DNA from: Cenarchaeum sp.
GTDB taxonomy: Archaea; Thermoproteota; Nitrososphaeria; Nitrososphaerales; Nitrosopumilaceae
DNA length: 64,000 nucleotides
Reading direction: 5' to 3'
NCBI GenBank assembly: GCA_965212015.1
Contig: OZ243037.1
Coordinates: forward strand, 1,056,001 to 1,120,000
Shown here: in pieces, positions 33,130 to 43,044 of the stretch
Layout: every line of letters starts with the position of its first letter
How positions within the stretch are numbered: the stretch's first letter is position 1
Program-made: the position numbers and the translations under genes
The notes under the pieces: generated by a model
Seen by the model: the letters and a program-made list of their open reading frames with translations, nothing else
The model's database searches: none
What the model was told of the DNA's origin: nothing

Positions 33130-33669
33130 ATGGCAGACAGGATAGACGGGCTGATTATCTCTGCGCTAAGCCAGAATGCCAAGCAGAACACCTTTGAGCT
33201 GTGGGACTTTTTAAAGGCCCAAGGGTACAACATGTCAGAAGAAGAGATAGAGTCCAGGATACGGACGCTGGAGGATAGTGGGATAATCAAAAACTATACG
33301 ATTTCAGTCGATTCCAGAAAGCTTCCGGGAAGGGTGATCAGGGTGGATTTGGTGACGTTTCGGACCTCGCAGGCGCTTCCAAAGAGGATTGAGGGGCTGA
33401 AAAAATACCTGAATGACGCGCCGTTTGTGGTGTTTTCAGGCAAGACTAGGGGGAACCGCGACTGGATTACGGTAAAGTCGTTTTTGACTGCGGATATGGC
33501 AGACGAGGAGAATGACATTTACAGGAATTTGTTTGGTGATATTTTGCAGACCTACGAGGTGTACGACTTTGTCCCGCAGGCAGATGCATCACTTCACGCC
33601 CTGGCATATACTGAATCGGAATACAAGAAATTTCTCAAGGAATGGGTGCCGCCGTTTATAGGCCACTAG
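33130..33669 (+). CDS. Lrp/AsnC family transcriptional regulator
   Basis: DRIDGLIISALSQNA...RIRTLEDSGIIKNYTI winged-helix domain. Confidence 0.85.
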   Translation: MADRIDGLIISALSQNAKQNTFELWDFLKAQGYNMSEEEIESRIRTLEDSGIIKNYTISVDSRKLPGRVIRVDLVTFRTSQALPKRIEGLKKYLNDAPFVVFSGKTRGNRDWITVKSFLTADMADEENDIYRNLFGDILQTYEVYDFVPQADASLHALAYTESEYKKFLKEWVPPFIGH

Positions 33670-33674
33670 CGTAC

Positions 33675-34520
33675 TTAGCTCTTTGAATAGTTTTTCTTGT
33701 GCTTTAGGGTATTGTCTATCATGGAGTGGGTCTTGCGCCTTAGATCCATCAAAAACTTTATGAGCTCAATTCTCTCCTTCGGGCTTGCCTTGTGGGCGTC
33801 CTCGATTAGATCGTCAATCCGGGACAGGGTGATTTTTAGGGCGATGCTGGTCTTTCTTATTATGTGATCCGCCTTTGACTTTGCCTCCGGGCGGCCGGGG
33901 GATTTTGTCTTTAGCTGGTTTTTCATTTTTCTTATCTGCCGTATGGTGAGCTTGTTGTCTATGATCCTGTCTACGAACTCTTCTTTGATTGTAGAGTCTA
34001 TGTTTGTAAGCTCTAGTGCCTGACTTATGCTGAGATCATTGTTGGTCACCTTTTCCTTTACGCCTACTGGCAGCTTTAGCAGCTGCATCCTGTGCGAGAT
34101 GTACTCCTCGCTTCTTCCTATTTTGCTGCCCAGATCGCTTATTCCGCCCCACCCAAAGTCCACCACGTACTTTTGGTACGCTTCTGCCTCCTCTATTGGG
34201 TCCATCGTCTTTCGCTGCAGGTTTTCGGTCAGCTGTATCTCAAAGGCGTGCTTGTCTGAGAACTCGCGTATCTTGCAGGGGATGAACCTCCATCTCAGGG
34301 ACTTGCATGCCATGAATCTCCTGTGGCCTGCCACAATTTCAAAGCCGTGCTCTAGCGGCCTTACCACTATGGGCTGGAGCAGGCCGTGCTCCTTTATGCT
34401 CAACTTTAGGTTGATGAGTTCCGGCGAGTTTTTCGGATCGGGATACCTGACAGGCGAGCCTGACGGCCTGATCATCCGCAGCTCTATCGGCTCTGTAAGG
34501 GAGTTGTCATAGACATCCAT
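33675..34520 (-). CDS. ParB/Spo0J-like protein
   Basis: SIKEHGLLQPIVVR, IVAGHRRFMA, ENLQR, HTH. Confidence 0.88.
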   Translation of the reverse strand: MDVYDNSLTEPIELRMIRPSGSPVRYPDPKNSPELINLKLSIKEHGLLQPIVVRPLEHGFEIVAGHRRFMACKSLRWRFIPCKIREFSDKHAFEIQLTENLQRKTMDPIEEAEAYQKYVVDFGWGGISDLGSKIGRSEEYISHRMQLLKLPVGVKEKVTNNDLSISQALELTNIDSTIKEEFVDRIIDNKLTIRQIRKMKNQLKTKSPGRPEAKSKADHIIRKTSIALKITLSRIDDLIEDAHKASPKERIELIKFLMDLRRKTHSMIDNTLKHKKNYSKS

Positions 34521-35384
34521 ATTACCCAATAAACAACGGTGGGATGGTATTTATCAATTATGTAGGGATTCAGTTTCTGCATGCCGGACTTGCGCCTCAA
34601 ATGATACGCTTTTTGACATACGAGTGGTGAGAGGACTGCCTGCTCAAATGACTCCTGTACGGCGTCAGGTATGCGTCTCTGCACTGATTGATCGCCTTTA
34701 TTGTATCAAGGCCGGAATATGCCACCGGCATATGCGTCATATCCGATGCTATGGCGTGACCTCGTGCCGTATGGCAATCTTGCCTGGGCATCTCTTGCTG
34801 ATCCCATTCAGGCCCTGCCTGTGCCTATTCAAAGAATCATGCCGTATGCCAGACGTGCCGAACATCTGCCGGCAGATTACGCAAAACGAATTTATTAACA
34901 ATAAAAAAACAAAAAAATCACTATGCCAAAACCATGGAAGTCAATTCCAAGCTCTGCGTTGCGTTCACTAGGGGCAAGGGCCAGGTACAACCGCAACCCT
35001 GACATGCACGAGGCTGCAAAGGAATTTAGCGAGATATTAGGGAAGCGATTCTCCAAAAAAATACACACCACAGAGGATTCCATCCGATATATTTTTTTTC
35101 ACAGCATGATGAGCAAAATGAAATACGGGCCAAACGACATCATGCTGGAATATCCCCATCCTGCCATACGCAGGGCCAGAATAGACACTTTTATCCATCA
35201 AAATTCTACATATCCTGCAACCGCACTGGAATTCAAATTCCACAGGGCATATCATGGCAAGACCATGGCTCCGATACCACAGCATGCCGAATCGCTTTTC
35301 AAGGACATATTTAGGCTGGTTCGTCTGCAAAAAATCATGCCGGGAACTGATTGTTATCTGGTCTATGTGACGGATCATATAATA

Positions 35385-36759
35385 GAGGTGATGCATAATT
35401 GACTAAATTTAAGACTATATTCAACCAACAACTTTAGATCGCACGTGTATGCCGCACATATCTGATGACAGAATCCAAGGATCAGATCATATACAGGCAA
35501 CAGCAAGTGATCAAAAGTCTGGAGAAAAAACTCTACAAGGAAGACGATCTGTGGTATGCTGACGAGAATGCGGACAGGCGTAACAAGCCGAAAAAGTCAA
35601 AAATCATGCACAGGTGCGAGTTGCTTGACGAGTTTATCGCCAATCCGACCATGCTATATCACACTACAAAAAAGAATCCCAAACAGTTCAATTACATCCT
35701 GGAAAAATTCACGCGCAAGGTCAAGGCCGATCCGGACGCCCCCTTGTTTTCAGATGACAGATTCTATCCCGGAAACAGGTGCAAGCTGCACATTCGGCAC
35801 GTACTGCTGTTGATAATGATGAAAGAAAAGCTTGGCATATCCCAGTACGAGCTCATGCCGATATTCGGGGTGGATCAGAGCACGATATCGCGATATCTAG
35901 AATTTGCCAGAACAATATTGTTGGAGATTCTTCCGACTGCAGAAAAAATCGCCAAAAAGATACAGAATGCAAAAAGTATCGAGGAGATAAAACATCTGGT
36001 TCCGGGCAGCAACGGGGGCGAGCTGTACATAGACGGCACGCACACGCCCATAGAGCGGCCGTCAGATCCTGATGCCAGCAAGGATTACTATTCCGGCAAT
36101 AAAAAAAAGCACACGCTAAACACCACCATAGTGGCTAATCGCGACAAGCTGGTTATTACGACAGGAAAACCTGTGCCGGGATCGATGCAAGATCTCAAGA
36201 TGTTCCAATATAACAACATCAATCTCGGACCGTTGAGCAAGAGCATGAAAGACAAGAATGCGGCAAAAAAGGACAAAGTTACGGTATACGTGGACAAGGG
36301 ATACCAGGCCATCGAGGGAGATCTGCCCGGCGCCAACGTCCAAAAGCCCACCAAAAAACCAAAATGCGCCGAGCTAAACAGCACACAAAAAAATGAAAAC
36401 AGAAGAATCAGCAACATTAGAATAAAAGTAGAGCACGCCATAAGGCTTCTAAAGCTGTACAAAGTATTGATTCATCTGTATGTCGGCACTGATGCGGAAT
36501 TTTACAGGGATTTACAAGTGGTGACGGGTCTTGCAAACTTTGATCTGCTGTGGGATGAGCGACGGGAACGTCTCAAGTACGGATTTTGATCATACAATAC
36601 GGGGCGCCTGAAGCGCTGTATTTTTGCGCATGATTTTGTGAAATTGTGTGTTTTTTGTGTGTTACAGACCGTACTTTGTCATGTTTTGTAACTTAACGCG
36701 TGTTGATCATGTGCCAGTTCTGTAAAGACGTCATGAGTTGATCGATTACGCATCACATC
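35385..36759 (+). mobile_element. IS5-family (ISL2-like) insertion sequence
   Basis: Imperfect IRs GAGGTGATGCATAATTGA / TCGATTACGCATCACATC; TA on both flanks; transposase inside. Confidence 0.88.
35465..36589 (+). CDS. DDE transposase (HTH + DDE_Tnp_4-like)
   Basis: FGVDQSTISR HTH, IDGT, YYSGNKKKH, VDKGY, RIKVEHAI. Confidence 0.9.
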   Translation: MTESKDQIIYRQQQVIKSLEKKLYKEDDLWYADENADRRNKPKKSKIMHRCELLDEFIANPTMLYHTTKKNPKQFNYILEKFTRKVKADPDAPLFSDDRFYPGNRCKLHIRHVLLLIMMKEKLGISQYELMPIFGVDQSTISRYLEFARTILLEILPTAEKIAKKIQNAKSIEEIKHLVPGSNGGELYIDGTHTPIERPSDPDASKDYYSGNKKKHTLNTTIVANRDKLVITTGKPVPGSMQDLKMFQYNNINLGPLSKSMKDKNAAKKDKVTVYVDKGYQAIEGDLPGANVQKPTKKPKCAELNSTQKNENRRISNIRIKVEHAIRLLKLYKVLIHLYVGTDAEFYRDLQVVTGLANFDLLWDERRERLKYGF

Positions 36760-37169
36760 TAATGATGAAGTATTATCATAGTTTAAGCGACAGTACGGAA
36801 AAATTTTTCGATAACAAAAAAACCATGACGAACCATAAATTTGTCAAATCAGGCGATGTAATCGAATCAGACGATGTAATCGAATGCAACACTAAATTGA
36901 TCCTAAAGCAGGATGGAAAATACCATGTTGTTCGAGTTTATCGTATATTGCCATGAACTATCCGATGTTTGATCCGGGATTATCGGGTGTTTTGGTCTCG
37001 GGAATGATTTGAGCATCATTTAGCAGATATCTATAATTCGTGCATTATCTTGTTCTTGTAGCCAGACATCAAGCAAATGCGGTGATCATGCCTGATCTAA
37101 ACCTACTGATTGAAAATGTTTGTGGGTATTGTCAATACGCATAGAGCCCAATGGAAGAATGGTGGAGAC

Positions 37170-37326
37170 GGGCAAAATACGACCTGATGGTGTCCGAATA
37201 TTACAAGACATTTGATGAGATGAAATATTCACTGTGCGAGTATTTCAGGACAAAGTATTCGTTAGATGTGATGAAATATTTCATGAGTGTTATGACGGTT
37301 TCAAATTATTTATGTGTTTGACTATA
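37170..37326 (+). repeat. IS630-like 3' end remnant; direct repeat of ~57914-58068
   Basis: ~150 bp of near-identical sequence ending TTTGACTATA. Confidence 0.75.
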
Positions 37327-37602
37327 GACGGCCGCATACAATCTCATAGCTTTTGAGTCTACCGAGAAACATATGAGGTGACAATGTTTGCCTGAGAATC
37401 ATTCAAATCAAATTACGCTGCTTCCAAAAGCTATAATCGTTATAATTGGATGGGATAACACATTTCCACATTTTAAAGGCTTACGTTAGTTACAGGAGGC
37501 ACAAGCATGGTATGGAGTAGGCAGGTTTTTCTATGTTTGATGTGAAAATCATCTTGTAATGAATTATATTTCAAGATTTAACTATCTCATCTATCATGAT
37601 CT

Positions 37603-38256
37603 TTACCATATTTTTTTAATTCTCTTGGATCTATCACATTTGTCCACCCTAATAACATATTTCTTAATATCAACAACACCATAATCGATTGCCAGCTCTA
37701 CTATTGCATTTTCCCTTCTTTTTTTCTTATATTCCTGAAATGGATAATCATCTATGGATTGAAAAGTTTGTCTACCTCGTATCCCTCTCTTGTAGTAGGT
37801 AGCGCCTGAATTAATTTTAGACAATGTGACTTTATCTTTGTATTTTTTAACTAGTTTTTCAGTATCTACAGTAAGTACATCATGAGCTTTATCTCTATAT
37901 GCCCGTGCGTTCAATAAAGTTTCCAATTTTTTTTTTCTGACCCAAAAAAACACCTTACCATTAAGCAATCGATAGAATTGTCGTGGAGTTATGTTAACTA
38001 GAAGATCAAGTAATTTTTTTTCAGATAGTGGTTTTTGATCTCGTATTACTGCTTTACCATATCTTTTATTGTAAATATCCACGCTTGACGGCCTAATACA
38101 TGACTCTATTGTAAATCGTTTTTTTCCGTGAATATTGTATAGATCTAACAGTGCAGTAGTGCTTAAAAGACCATGTTTCTGTATACTTGGCCAACTTTTT
38201 AATTCTGCCATATGATACAAATATGGATAATTTTCGACCAGTTCATTAATCTTCAA
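37603..38256 (-). CDS. DarT-like ADP-ribosyltransferase-fold protein (DUF7002-type)
   Basis: YLYHMAELKSWPSIQKHGLLS matches the DarT-type N-terminal motif; VFFW strand; C-terminal VEL (candidate catalytic Glu). Confidence 0.7.
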   Translation of the reverse strand: MKINELVENYPYLYHMAELKSWPSIQKHGLLSTTALLDLYNIHGKKRFTIESCIRPSSVDIYNKRYGKAVIRDQKPLSEKKLLDLLVNITPRQFYRLLNGKVFFWVRKKKLETLLNARAYRDKAHDVLTVDTEKLVKKYKDKVTLSKINSGATYYKRGIRGRQTFQSIDDYPFQEYKKKRRENAIVELAIDYGVVDIKKYVIRVDKCDRSKRIKKIW

Positions 38257-38262
38257 TATGTC

Positions 38263-39843
38263 CTACCATTTCCTTCTGTCTATTATGCTTCTTGAATTAA
38301 AACCTGTTGAGATTAGAGAAACATCTGATTTTGTAACCTGTTCTATCTCTTCTATCATATTGATGGCTTCTTGTGTTAGTTGTTCAAAACGATGTGCTGA
38401 TCTGTTAGTAATTGATATATAATCTACAAAAGTTAAAGCAATATCAGTCACTCTGTTGAGTAATGCTGATTTTTTAATCAGATCCCAATCAAATTCTCCG
38501 ATTCTTCTGGGTTTATTAGTTGTGGAAGTCATCTCTGTTTTTTTAATTTCATTTTCACTTATTCCTGATCGATCGCTTATATCTTTAAATTTTAACTCTT
38601 TGGACATTCGTCCGGACGTACTTCCAAGTGGATCTTGAACACGAATTGGATAAGTTCTGACCACCATAATTATTTTTCTTACCAAAAGCGGTGAAATTCC
38701 CGCATCTGCCAAACATCCTGAAACTGTAGTCTCTCTTGATGTCACATGTGGATATTCACCATGATGAATACTCAATCCAGTTCCTTGAGTACCTTCCAAC
38801 AAAATTTTCCCATTATTTGCAATCGTCTCTTCCAATACTTCAATTGCTGGCTTGATGTATGGTTTTAATTCTTTGATCATTTTTGCTAATTTTACATTCG
38901 TATCACGCAATATTTTACGGGAAGTTGCACTACCAACCCCACTTCCTGTTGAACCTATTCTATCTACAAGTTTTTTTTCTTTTTCTACATCATTTGATTC
39001 TATAATCATTGCTTGTGGATCAATTTTTAATCTTTCATAACTCACACCATTATCTGCAATTTCCTTTTGTAAATTTTTAACATTTATTACCATTCCAGGG
39101 CCAAGCAAAAGCTTGGCGTTACTTTTCGTAGTGCCTGATGGCAAATGGTGATGTGTAATCGGTGGATCTCCGAATACTTTATGCCCTGCATTTGGCCCGC
39201 CAACCCTTACTATAAGATCATATTCTTTGGAAATATGTGCTGCGATTTGGCCTTTGCCTTCACTTCCGTACTGTCCACCAACTAATACATCTACACATTT
39301 TGGCGTATTGGTGTTATATAAGGACAGATGGCTGATGGCACGAATTAATATATCTGTTTTCGTACATCTGTTGGTATCAATTACGATATCTGCAATATCT
39401 GCCAATGATTCTATGTCTTTTTCAGTTTTGTTTTGCCTTACTTTATCATATGAAGGCATGTTTTTTACTGTCTTGTATTTTTTAGAATATCTTCGTTCAA
39501 GCTCGTTCGTTGGAGCAGTAAGATGAAGATGAATTATCGGACCAAATGATTGCCTGATCCCATAAATTTGTTTTTTAATTCTAACTGAATCTACTACAAA
39601 GATTGTTTTTTTATCATTTTTATTAATTGCATCTTGTAATTCATCTCTAACCCATGTCCCATTTGTATTCCTATCTAATTTGTCGCCCTTTTTTTGTAAA
39701 GATAATCTATCCGAGGAGGCCAAATTCTTTGCTTCTAATATGTTACGAGTTTTTACTATGTGTGTATTGAATTTTTCGGAAATGTTTTCTGCGAGTCCAG
39801 TTTTTCCAGAGCATATAGATCCGGATATAACGACAATCTTCAC
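38263..39843 (-). CDS. P-loop nucleotide kinase fused to PurZ-like adenylosuccinate synthetase paralog
   Basis: N-terminal GSICSGKT and VVDSVR; C-terminal GGQYGSEGKG, GGPNAGH, GSTGSGVG, EGTQG, YPHVTSR, RTYPIRV, TTNKPRR, TFVD. Confidence 0.85.
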   Translation of the reverse strand: MKIVVISGSICSGKTGLAENISEKFNTHIVKTRNILEAKNLASSDRLSLQKKGDKLDRNTNGTWVRDELQDAINKNDKKTIFVVDSVRIKKQIYGIRQSFGPIIHLHLTAPTNELERRYSKKYKTVKNMPSYDKVRQNKTEKDIESLADIADIVIDTNRCTKTDILIRAISHLSLYNTNTPKCVDVLVGGQYGSEGKGQIAAHISKEYDLIVRVGGPNAGHKVFGDPPITHHHLPSGTTKSNAKLLLGPGMVINVKNLQKEIADNGVSYERLKIDPQAMIIESNDVEKEKKLVDRIGSTGSGVGSATSRKILRDTNVKLAKMIKELKPYIKPAIEVLEETIANNGKILLEGTQGTGLSIHHGEYPHVTSRETTVSGCLADAGISPLLVRKIIMVVRTYPIRVQDPLGSTSGRMSKELKFKDISDRSGISENEIKKTEMTSTTNKPRRIGEFDWDLIKKSALLNRVTDIALTFVDYISITNRSAHRFEQLTQEAINMIEEIEQVTKSDVSLISTGFNSRSIIDRRKW

Positions 39844-39855
39844 AACAAGACCATC

Positions 39856-41220
39856 TCACAATCCATCCTGCACATAGTCCAAGATATTCTGATCCGTTCT
39901 TGATTTTTCCTTGTTGGGTAGATCATACACTGTTACTTTAACGCCCTCCCTTATCAAATATTCGTCAATCAAACTGCTAATAATTTTCCAATCGCCGCCT
40001 GCAAAGCCAGTGCCAATACGAGGCATATGGACTGTCGCATCATTTTTCTTGGCTTCCAATGCGACTAGCTCAAGACATGAGGCCAAATGTTGATACCGAA
40101 TCTTTGGACGAGTAGATTCAGCGTATCCACGCTGTGCAATCATGCTGCAAATTAACAATTGATCAGAGATTTTAAACAAATGTAATTTTCCAAGCCTTAG
40201 ATTATTCCGTTTCTCGGCCCATCTCACAAACTCTTTGCGTAATGCTGGCCATTTCTTAGAAATCATTAATCCAAATCCTTTTCCCCATCTTTTGCTTTTA
40301 TCATTCACAATATGTACAATGATTTTATCTGCTGATCCATGTGGATCAGTAGCATCACCACTAAGATATATTATTCCTTGAGGCTCATATTTTGATGGTT
40401 GTTTTAATTTAATGATACAAAGCACCCTTGGATATATGCTGTTATGAGAAGGGAATACCCCTATGCATTCGACATCTAATTTGGGATATTTCTGAAAGAG
40501 TTTTTCCTTACGTTTTGACGTGTATCCAATGGCGCTACATTCGGATAAAACACTTTTTGAAGATATCTTTAAACCAGCATAAAATGACAATGTTGAACTG
40601 GATGAACTGACTACATATTCTATTCTGTACAAGGAATTTTCTTCGTCATTTATTTTGGCAGCTGAAAACATAGCAACAGGCATACTAGTTTGATTTATTA
40701 GCTGTAATAAAACTGCCTCGGCGGAAACATCATATTTATTTCTGATTCTAATGACATTTTCCATTGTAACTGGAATTTCTTTTGGATTGACAAGTGATCC
40801 TACAGGCATAAGAATCTCGGCAGCTGATCTATTGCACAATAATTCAATCTGCCAGTCGTCTATACGTTTATGTTTGCCTGATCTGTTATGTATTGATTTT
40901 TCATAGTCAGGAAACAACGTGTGTGCTATTTCATGAGCCAATGAAAATCTAATCCGTCTTCTTGATCTATGTGGATTGTATTCGATTCTTGGATTAATTC
41001 CATCTGGGATTATTCGAGCATCTGGAATATCTTCGTTTGAGGTCACTTGAATTGCCAAATATTTTGCCAACCACATTGGATCGTATGGGGGGCCTCCCCA
41101 ACCGTCATCCATGGCTTTGAGAAGCATCTGCTTCGTTTTTTCAACAATAATTTTGATCGGATCATCTTTTCCTGCTAGCTTCTTTACTGATGGATTTGTC
41201 CATTCGATTTTTTCACGCAT
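39856..41220 (-). CDS. IrrE/ImmA (M78) metallopeptidase fused to ALC1-class macrodomain
   Basis: RFSLAHEIAH, ELLCNRSAAEILMP; C-terminal GDAT, HIVND..WGKGF, SMIAQ, MPRIGTGFAGGDW. Confidence 0.88.
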   Translation of the reverse strand: MREKIEWTNPSVKKLAGKDDPIKIIVEKTKQMLLKAMDDGWGGPPYDPMWLAKYLAIQVTSNEDIPDARIIPDGINPRIEYNPHRSRRRIRFSLAHEIAHTLFPDYEKSIHNRSGKHKRIDDWQIELLCNRSAAEILMPVGSLVNPKEIPVTMENVIRIRNKYDVSAEAVLLQLINQTSMPVAMFSAAKINDEENSLYRIEYVVSSSSSTLSFYAGLKISSKSVLSECSAIGYTSKRKEKLFQKYPKLDVECIGVFPSHNSIYPRVLCIIKLKQPSKYEPQGIIYLSGDATDPHGSADKIIVHIVNDKSKRWGKGFGLMISKKWPALRKEFVRWAEKRNNLRLGKLHLFKISDQLLICSMIAQRGYAESTRPKIRYQHLASCLELVALEAKKNDATVHMPRIGTGFAGGDWKIISSLIDEYLIREGVKVTVYDLPNKEKSRTDQNILDYVQDGL

Positions 41221-41490
41221 ATATGATCTCTAGGCATTTTTTATTATGATCAAAAGTTATAAGTTTATCTATAGCCGGGTGCTGTGAAGTTGGTGGGTGC
41301 TTTATATACTGATTTTCTCCCAATTCCCCCGCACTTGGCAACGCCTCAAAAATTACAAGGACACAGAGTCGGGATTATCGTAACAGGTTCTGGTCATTGA
41401 GAGAGTGTGCGCGGGGATGATCTCGGACCATTTTCAACACGAAAATCCAATCTAAAAGCCTCATAAGGGGGAGCCATCCAACTAGCTAAA

Positions 41491-42267
41491 ATGAACCGGG
41501 ACGAACTGATGGAAAAGGCAGAAGAGTACGCCATGCACGAGCATTTTGAGCGGGAAGTAGCCTGCTATGACCAGATACTGCAGGCAGATCCGAACGATGT
41601 AGAGGCCCTGGCAAATAAGGGCATGGCGTACTGGAACGCTGAAAGATATGACGAGGCAATAAAATTCTATGAAAAAGTGGTAGAGCTTGAACCTAACAAT
41701 TCCGATTACTGGGAATACATGGGCAGGGTAACGTCCTGCAGCGACTCTATCGAAAAGGCAAAAAAATACGAGAGGGTCCTAGAGTGCTATGAAAAATCAT
41801 TAAAAATAGACCCGGAAAATACCGCCACTTTGCAGTCAAAGCATGATGCCATGAGAATTCTGGACAGAAATGAGGATGCACTTGAATGTATCAGCCGGGC
41901 CATAGAGCTGGATCCGGATAATGCGGAATACTGGACTGAGAAGATTGAACTGTTGGGCGAGATGGAACGCGACGATGAGGGATTATTATGCACCGGAAAA
42001 GCCCTCCAGATAGAGGAACATCAGGAAAAGCCATGCTACGGCCGCATGCTGTTTTACCGCCGCAGATACGACGAGTCGATTGCCAGCCTCAAAAAGGAAA
42101 TTGTGCAGAAACCGTATGATGACTATCTACATGCGTTTTTGGGGATGGTGTACAGTCATACGGGAAAAAAGGAGGACGCCCTGGCGTGCTTTGAAAGATC
42201 GCTCAAACTTAACCCGGATTCACTTGCGGTGGAATTTAAAAACAAGTTTTATCCGGGTACGGTTTAA
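41491..42267 (+). CDS. tetratricopeptide repeat protein
   Basis: Repeated A..CY...L..DP.N units. Confidence 0.88.
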   Translation: MNRDELMEKAEEYAMHEHFEREVACYDQILQADPNDVEALANKGMAYWNAERYDEAIKFYEKVVELEPNNSDYWEYMGRVTSCSDSIEKAKKYERVLECYEKSLKIDPENTATLQSKHDAMRILDRNEDALECISRAIELDPDNAEYWTEKIELLGEMERDDEGLLCTGKALQIEEHQEKPCYGRMLFYRRRYDESIASLKKEIVQKPYDDYLHAFLGMVYSHTGKKEDALACFERSLKLNPDSLAVEFKNKFYPGTV

Positions 42268-43044
42268 ATTACATCCTATGTGATACCCGTTGGAACCGGT
42301 TAACACCAAACCCGATTTCCCTTTCGGATTGAGGGGTGGTTCCATGTATTTTTCCTGCAAATGCGAGAAATTATATGAAAGAGAGTGCTGGGAGATGGTG
42401 CGATTGTATGGGGGAAACCCCCTTTAATGCAATTCGTCGTGATCAGTACTTTGTGGAAAGTGCACACCTTTGGGAGGGCGCCACCCATCCCAGGTGGGTT
42501 TATTCATCATTTGGTTGTATTTTACAACCAAAAAACATAAAAACGGAAAGATTCAAGGACTCATAGTCAGCCGCGTTGTCATCATTGACTGTACATCTCT
42601 GATGACCGCTCCACGCGGTCTTTATTTCAATCATCGTCTTTCTTGCAAGCATATTTATCAATTATTCACTCAAAAAATTATAAAGGAGGCTGTTTCTTAA
42701 CATGCGTGCAAATCGCCAAACCTTGTGTGCAGCACGTCACTAGACGGGGTGCACGGGCGGGAAATGATGCAGGGCACCGGATACAGGTGTGATCCCGCGC
42801 CACAATTTTAAACCGGCATTCAAATCTATAATTCTGGACAAAATATTCAAAAATTAAAATATGGTGAAGCATACGTAAAGTGGGGGGCAGCGAATGTCAC
42901 GGCTGTGTATTGGCGGCGGACGCGCCGTCGATCCCCCTTGCTTTAGTTATTTTTTCTGTATTTTGAGGTCATTGAGTGATTTTTTTGAGGATTTGAATCG
43001 ATATGATTTTATATTCTTATCAACCATTAATTATATTCAACAAA

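Larger units (their letters stand above)
34923..36956 (+). pseudogene. PD-(D/E)xK nuclease-like gene interrupted by IS
   Basis: E...ID...LEFK motif in 34923-35384; frame continues at 36762 once the IS and one TA copy are removed. Confidence 0.7.

Noticed and set aside
33009-33290. N-terminal extension of the second transporter
   Set aside because: It overlaps the Lrp gene antisense; alignment with the paralog supports a start near 33008.
33675-34520. ParB as evidence of an integrated plasmid
   Set aside because: No ParA or replication gene nearby, and its composition resembles the core region.
38263-39843. Calling this housekeeping purA, or evidence of a Z-substituted genome
   Set aside because: The Asp->Ser change, kinase fusion, low GC and island context argue against purA. 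No datZ/mazZ/dpoZ is in the window, so Z-DNA is unsupported.
41380-42303. IS66-like ends around the first TPR gene (GTAACAGGTT / AACCGGTTAAC)
   Set aside because: The match is too short and imperfect, and no target duplication is evident.
42300-43000. Possible ncRNA or short ORFs (hairpins such as GGGGGAAACCCCC)
   Set aside because: Only isolated hairpins, with no recognisable family or coherent ORF.
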